In this document: positions 60,330-64,000 of the stretch, piece after piece
Layout of the letters: every line of letters begins with the position of its first letter
Position numbering within the stretch: the stretch's first letter is position 1
Source of the DNA: Candidatus Freyarchaeum deiterrae
Lineage (GTDB): Archaea > Asgardarchaeota > Jordiarchaeia > Jordiarchaeales > Jordiarchaeaceae
Reading direction: 5' to 3'
DNA length: 64,000 nt
NCBI GenBank assembly: GCA_037305845.1
Contig: CP147778.1
Coordinates: 2,304,001 to 2,368,000, forward strand
Translations under genes and position numbers: made by a program
Notes under the pieces: model-generated
What the model saw: the letters and a program-made list of their open reading frames with translations, nothing else
The model's database searches: none
Told to the model about the DNA's origin: nothing

Positions 60330-61310
60330 CTACCATTGAAATACTAATAACGTAACTATTAAGAAGGCTACAAGAGAAGCAAAGGTAACAATCCATATTC
60401 GTTTACTCCATTGCCAAACTTTATATCCGTCGAAAGGTGGAACAGGCGACATATTAAATAGTCCTAAATTAGCGTTTATACTCGCTCCAACAATCATTAT
60501 ATAGGACAAGTTCACCTGCGAGAATAAAGATTGAACATGAAGATTCGGAAACAGGAAAGACAGTACGAATAGACTGGCTCCTAATGCAAGATTAACTAGG
60601 GGCCCAGAGATCGATGTCTTGCCCATAGACTGCAAATCGCTGGGCCCTGATATCATAACTGCCCCCGGTGCCAGAAATTTCAGAAAAGTAAAAATAGATA
60701 AAATTGTGAAAAAAATACCGAATAATACTATCCTAAACTCCGCCCATAGATTATACATTTGAGCAACAAGCTTGTGGCTGAGTTCATGAAGTAGAAAACT
60801 TGCAATAACGATTAGTCCTAACCATAAAACGTTATCAATCTGGAAAAAGGTTAGAAAATTTGACAACCCTGGTATATAAGAGAGTAACCACGTTGATCCA
60901 CTAAAAACCAGCCAGATGAGCGTTCCAAATACAAAACCCCCTAGCCCACTGGTGAAAATCCATATTACATTGAATATAAGACTTGAAAAAACCACCGCTA
61001 AAATAAGAACGGTGGCCGCAAAAAGATGAGCAACCTCCGTTTTGGAAGTAGACAACTTACCTAACCTACTAACAGATCGACCTTGAACTATCCTTCGTGG
61101 AACTATATCCTTCTCCACATCTTCTTCCTGAGATCTTTTTTCCATCTCCCTCGGTTCCTTTTTTGTTTTTCTCTCTTTTTTAGGAGCCTGGTATGCTTTT
61201 GAGCAGTTATGATTTTCAGGAAGTCGATGTTCTGCGCAAAAATAACCATTGCAGTAGCGGCATTTGAAGGGTAGATAATCCTCTTTACCACAGAAATCAC
61301 ACTTGACCAA
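60330..61310 (-). CDS. AN1 zinc finger fused to an M50 (site-2) intramembrane metalloprotease
   Basis: CDFC...PFKCRYC..YFC.EHRLPENH.C; HELSH and NMSPVPPFDG. Confidence 0.9.
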   Translation of the reverse strand: MVKCDFCGKEDYLPFKCRYCNGYFCAEHRLPENHNCSKAYQAPKKERKTKKEPREMEKRSQEEDVEKDIVPRRIVQGRSVSRLGKLSTSKTEVAHLFAATVLILAVVFSSLIFNVIWIFTSGLGGFVFGTLIWLVFSGSTWLLSYIPGLSNFLTFFQIDNVLWLGLIVIASFLLHELSHKLVAQMYNLWAEFRIVLFGIFFTILSIFTFLKFLAPGAVMISGPSDLQSMGKTSISGPLVNLALGASLFVLSFLFPNLHVQSLFSQVNLSYIMIVGASINANLGLFNMSPVPPFDGYKVWQWSKRIWIVTFASLVAFLIVTLLVFQW

Positions 61311-61632
61311 GGTCAGAGTCCTCCGGCTAGGTTAAAATTTATCAAACTTCTCGAGCTCCCAAGAATCCGACATTTTAAGTCTTTTTAGTGTACTATAAAA
61401 AAACAAAAATTTAAGTCTTTACCCATAAAAAGGGCAAAAAACCTTCTCCGTTCTTTAAAATCTAATTTAAAATTAAAAAACGTCTATTAAAATAATTTTC
61501 TGTATTCAACATATCTCACAAAAAAATATTCTTCTATTCCCTCAATTAGTCACATGAACTTTTTCCACGAAAAAACAAATAAATTGGTCACAGCATTAGT
61601 ATAAGTAAATAAAAAAATTATGAGGAATTCTT

Positions 61633-62787
61633 ATGTCTTCAGATGAGGGCCCTACCGTGGTTTTTGAGCCATGGAGTCGAAAGGCGAGTATAGCAGGGAG
61701 TTCATACATAGTACAAATAGGAAAAGTAGATGACTATTGGTCAATAGCTATTTTCAGAGGAAACGATTTGATATCCGTAAAAAAAGTAGGTACACTTGAC
61801 CCTAATGTGCTTACCAGTATCATAAGCAGCAGCATATCTCTGCCTCTAATATCTCCCTACTCGATAGTAAGAAGTTTAGGGAATATAATAAACGAAGCTA
61901 AGGTAAGAAAATATCCTCTCACATACACCCCAAGTCCAGAGGGCGAACAACCAACAGCCCCCGCCCCTAGTCCCGCTCCAGTTTATACTCCCGCTCCTAG
62001 TCCCGCTTCAGCCCATGAGGCTGCTCCCGCGAAAATATCTGATTTTGAATCAAGGACAGGTTTCAAAAGGATGACTACACCTGAGGTAACGGAGAAAGAG
62101 GATACAGGTGCATTCTATGAATCTACTCCAGAATCCACCGAATCACAAGTTGAAGAAGAAACAAACGAGAAAGAACTAACAGAGGTCGGTAAATCCAAAG
62201 ATGTACTAGGTAGCTTCGCTTCGGGAAATGACAAAGCTTTTAGTTCTATGTTTGAGGAAGAAGAGGGACCAGCCAAACCCATGATTCATAAGGCTGGAAC
62301 TAAATCAATAGAAATACCCGAGTTGCAACCTTTAGAAAAGTGGCAAAGAGGAGTTTCTGGTTTAAGCTTCTTTTTGGACATAGCGATATCTTTTATGAAG
62401 AGTAAGCACTCTAAGGATTTATCTAAACTTTGGCAGTATTATCTAGAAGTAGAATCTAGAAACTGGAAAGCTGCCAAAGGTAGGAAATTTGAAGAAGTCG
62501 TTGGAATACTGGTAAATATAGAGAGAGCTACGGGTTCGGAGATAGAAGTGCAGGAGTTTACTGAAAGCACCTTCAAAGCTAAGGTTTCAAAGTGCCTTGG
62601 CAAAAACTATAAACAAAAGTATGGGTCCGTGCTGCCACTTCCCGATGAATTTCCCTGTGTTCTGTGCAAAATCAGAGGCGAATCAATAAGTCGCAACCTA
62701 GGCTACTCCTTTGACATGATAGAAACACCTCAGGGCTGCCAAATACAAATGAGTGCATCTCCCAAAAAAGAAAAATTAGTCATCTAA
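61633..62787 (+). CDS. Hypothetical protein: N-domain, Pro/Glu-rich linker and V4R/ATC-hydrolase-like C-domain
   Basis: PAPSPA repeats; KVSKC...PCVLC...GCQI. Confidence 0.6.
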   Translation: MSSDEGPTVVFEPWSRKASIAGSSYIVQIGKVDDYWSIAIFRGNDLISVKKVGTLDPNVLTSIISSSISLPLISPYSIVRSLGNIINEAKVRKYPLTYTPSPEGEQPTAPAPSPAPVYTPAPSPASAHEAAPAKISDFESRTGFKRMTTPEVTEKEDTGAFYESTPESTESQVEEETNEKELTEVGKSKDVLGSFASGNDKAFSSMFEEEEGPAKPMIHKAGTKSIEIPELQPLEKWQRGVSGLSFFLDIAISFMKSKHSKDLSKLWQYYLEVESRNWKAAKGRKFEEVVGILVNIERATGSEIEVQEFTESTFKAKVSKCLGKNYKQKYGSVLPLPDEFPCVLCKIRGESISRNLGYSFDMIETPQGCQIQMSASPKKEKLVI

Positions 62788-62929
62788 CCTCTTTCCCAAA
62801 CATATGACCCCTATCCAATTGATTCCTTTCCTTCCCTTTATTTTGAAACCATATTTTTGAAAAATAGTAAATCCAGCCATACACTATGTAAAAAATTAAA
62901 AAGGTTTTAAACGGTAGAACTTCAACTCT

Positions 62930-64000
62930 CTAAGACTCTTTTTTTAAAAAGCTCTCCAGCTTATCAAAGGTTTCTTCTAGAACTTTCAAGTCTGGTAAGA
63001 ACACCATTCTAAAGTGATCCTTACCTTGTACTGGGTCGAAGCCTGATCCGTTAACGAATAGTAGTTGAGTTTCTGAGAGAACCTGCAAAACAAAATCGGT
63101 GTCGTCCTTCCATCTCATTGTTTCAATTTTTGGGAATGCGTAGAAAGCTGCTTCTGGCTTAACGCAGCTAAGTCCATTTATTTCATTCAATCTCTTGTAG
63201 GTGAAGTCTCTTCTCTCTTTGAGTTGAGAAACCAGTTCCGGTATATGATTCTGGGGACCGTATATCGCTGATACACACGCTTTCTGTGCTGGAGTGTTAG
63301 TACATATTCTGACACGGGCTTCCTTTAAGATGCTTTCACGGAGTTCGGTTAACTGTTCTTCGGGGTCATAAAAATACATGTAACCAACTCTCCACCCTGT
63401 AGCAAGATAAGTTTTCGAGAATCCGTTAAACCCAATTATTGGGACGTCCTTTGCAATGGAAGCCGTGCTAGTAAACTTCTTATCGTACACCAATCGATCA
63501 TAAGTCTCATCTGAAACCATGGGGATACCATATTCTCCAGAGATAGAAATCAGTTCACTCAAAACCTTCGGCTCATAAACTGATCCACAAGGATTATTGG
63601 GATTAACTAGTATCAAGGCTTTCGTCTTATCAGTGATTTTTCTCCTTAAATCGTCCAAATCAGGCTGCCAACCCTCTTCTTCAACGCACCTGAACGTAAT
63701 CGGATTTGCTCCAAAAAACTTTGTAAAAGAAATAAAGGGCGGATAAGACGGTCCAGGAATAAGAATTTCATCACCCGGATTTGCAATCGCTCCAAGAAAC
63801 ATTTGAATGCCCTCAGAAATCCCCGCAGTGACAATAACATCATCAGCCTCTAAACCCCGAACACCATTAACCTTCTCCTCCTTATAACAAATAGCCTTCC
63901 TTAGTTCAGGAAGCCCCTCAGAAGGAGCATAACGATTAAAACCCGAATTAACAGCGTCAAAAAGAGCCTCCTTCAAATGATCCGGGGTATCAAAGTAAAG
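62930..64000 (-). CDS. Class I/II PLP aminotransferase (5' end outside the window)
   Basis: Y.PS.G..ELR, NPNNP.G, SDETY and FSKTY..TGWRVG. Confidence 0.93.
   Translation of the reverse strand, partial: LYFDTPDHLKEALFDAVNSGFNRYAPSEGLPELRKAICYKEEKVNGVRGLEADDVIVTAGISEGIQMFLGAIANPGDEILIPGPSYPPFISFTKFFGANPITFRCVEEEGWQPDLDDLRRKITDKTKALILVNPNNPCGSVYEPKVLSELISISGEYGIPMVSDETYDRLVYDKKFTSTASIAKDVPIIGFNGFSKTYLATGWRVGYMYFYDPEEQLTELRESILKEARVRICTNTPAQKACVSAIYGPQNHIPELVSQLKERRDFTYKRLNEINGLSCVKPEAAFYAFPKIETMRWKDDTDFVLQVLSETQLLFVNGSGFDPVQGKDHFRMVFLPDLKVLEETFDKLESFLKKES

Noticed and set aside
1-64000. CRISPR arrays, rRNA, transposases, integrases, inteins
   Set aside because: None seen; RadA is normal length, and no att-like duplicate of the tRNA 3' end was noticed

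Overview
Archaeal chromosomal window, most likely from an Asgard archaeon. This is inferred from a ribophorin I homologue, longin-like proteins, cdrS-ftsZ and an H4MPT-type Wood-Ljungdahl pathway. Bases 1-18 kb form a C1 cluster (mch, mat, mtd, ftr, cdhABCDE, cooC, mptE, mptD). Housekeeping genes follow (radA, tgtA, ftsZ, MiaB-like, SAMP, hypB, aglH, ribophorin I, Trm112, MutS-like, nadM, rtcA, Nog1, proteasome beta). The 50-63 kb block holds longin-like, SPFH and proteostasis-type genes. The main finding is missing from the ORF track: a minus-strand 2x[4Fe-4S] ferredoxin gene (33400-33613) is interrupted by a 28-nt insert that folds into a bulge-helix-bulge (BHB) splice motif. Removing it at the canonical BHB cut sites restores an intact 61-aa protein, making it a candidate endonuclease-spliced mRNA intron. 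It lies directly upstream of a tRNA-Gln(UUG) carrying a 30-nt BHB intron at the non-canonical position 53/54, and the two introns have similar ends. All calls come from reading motifs by eye; no database searches were run.
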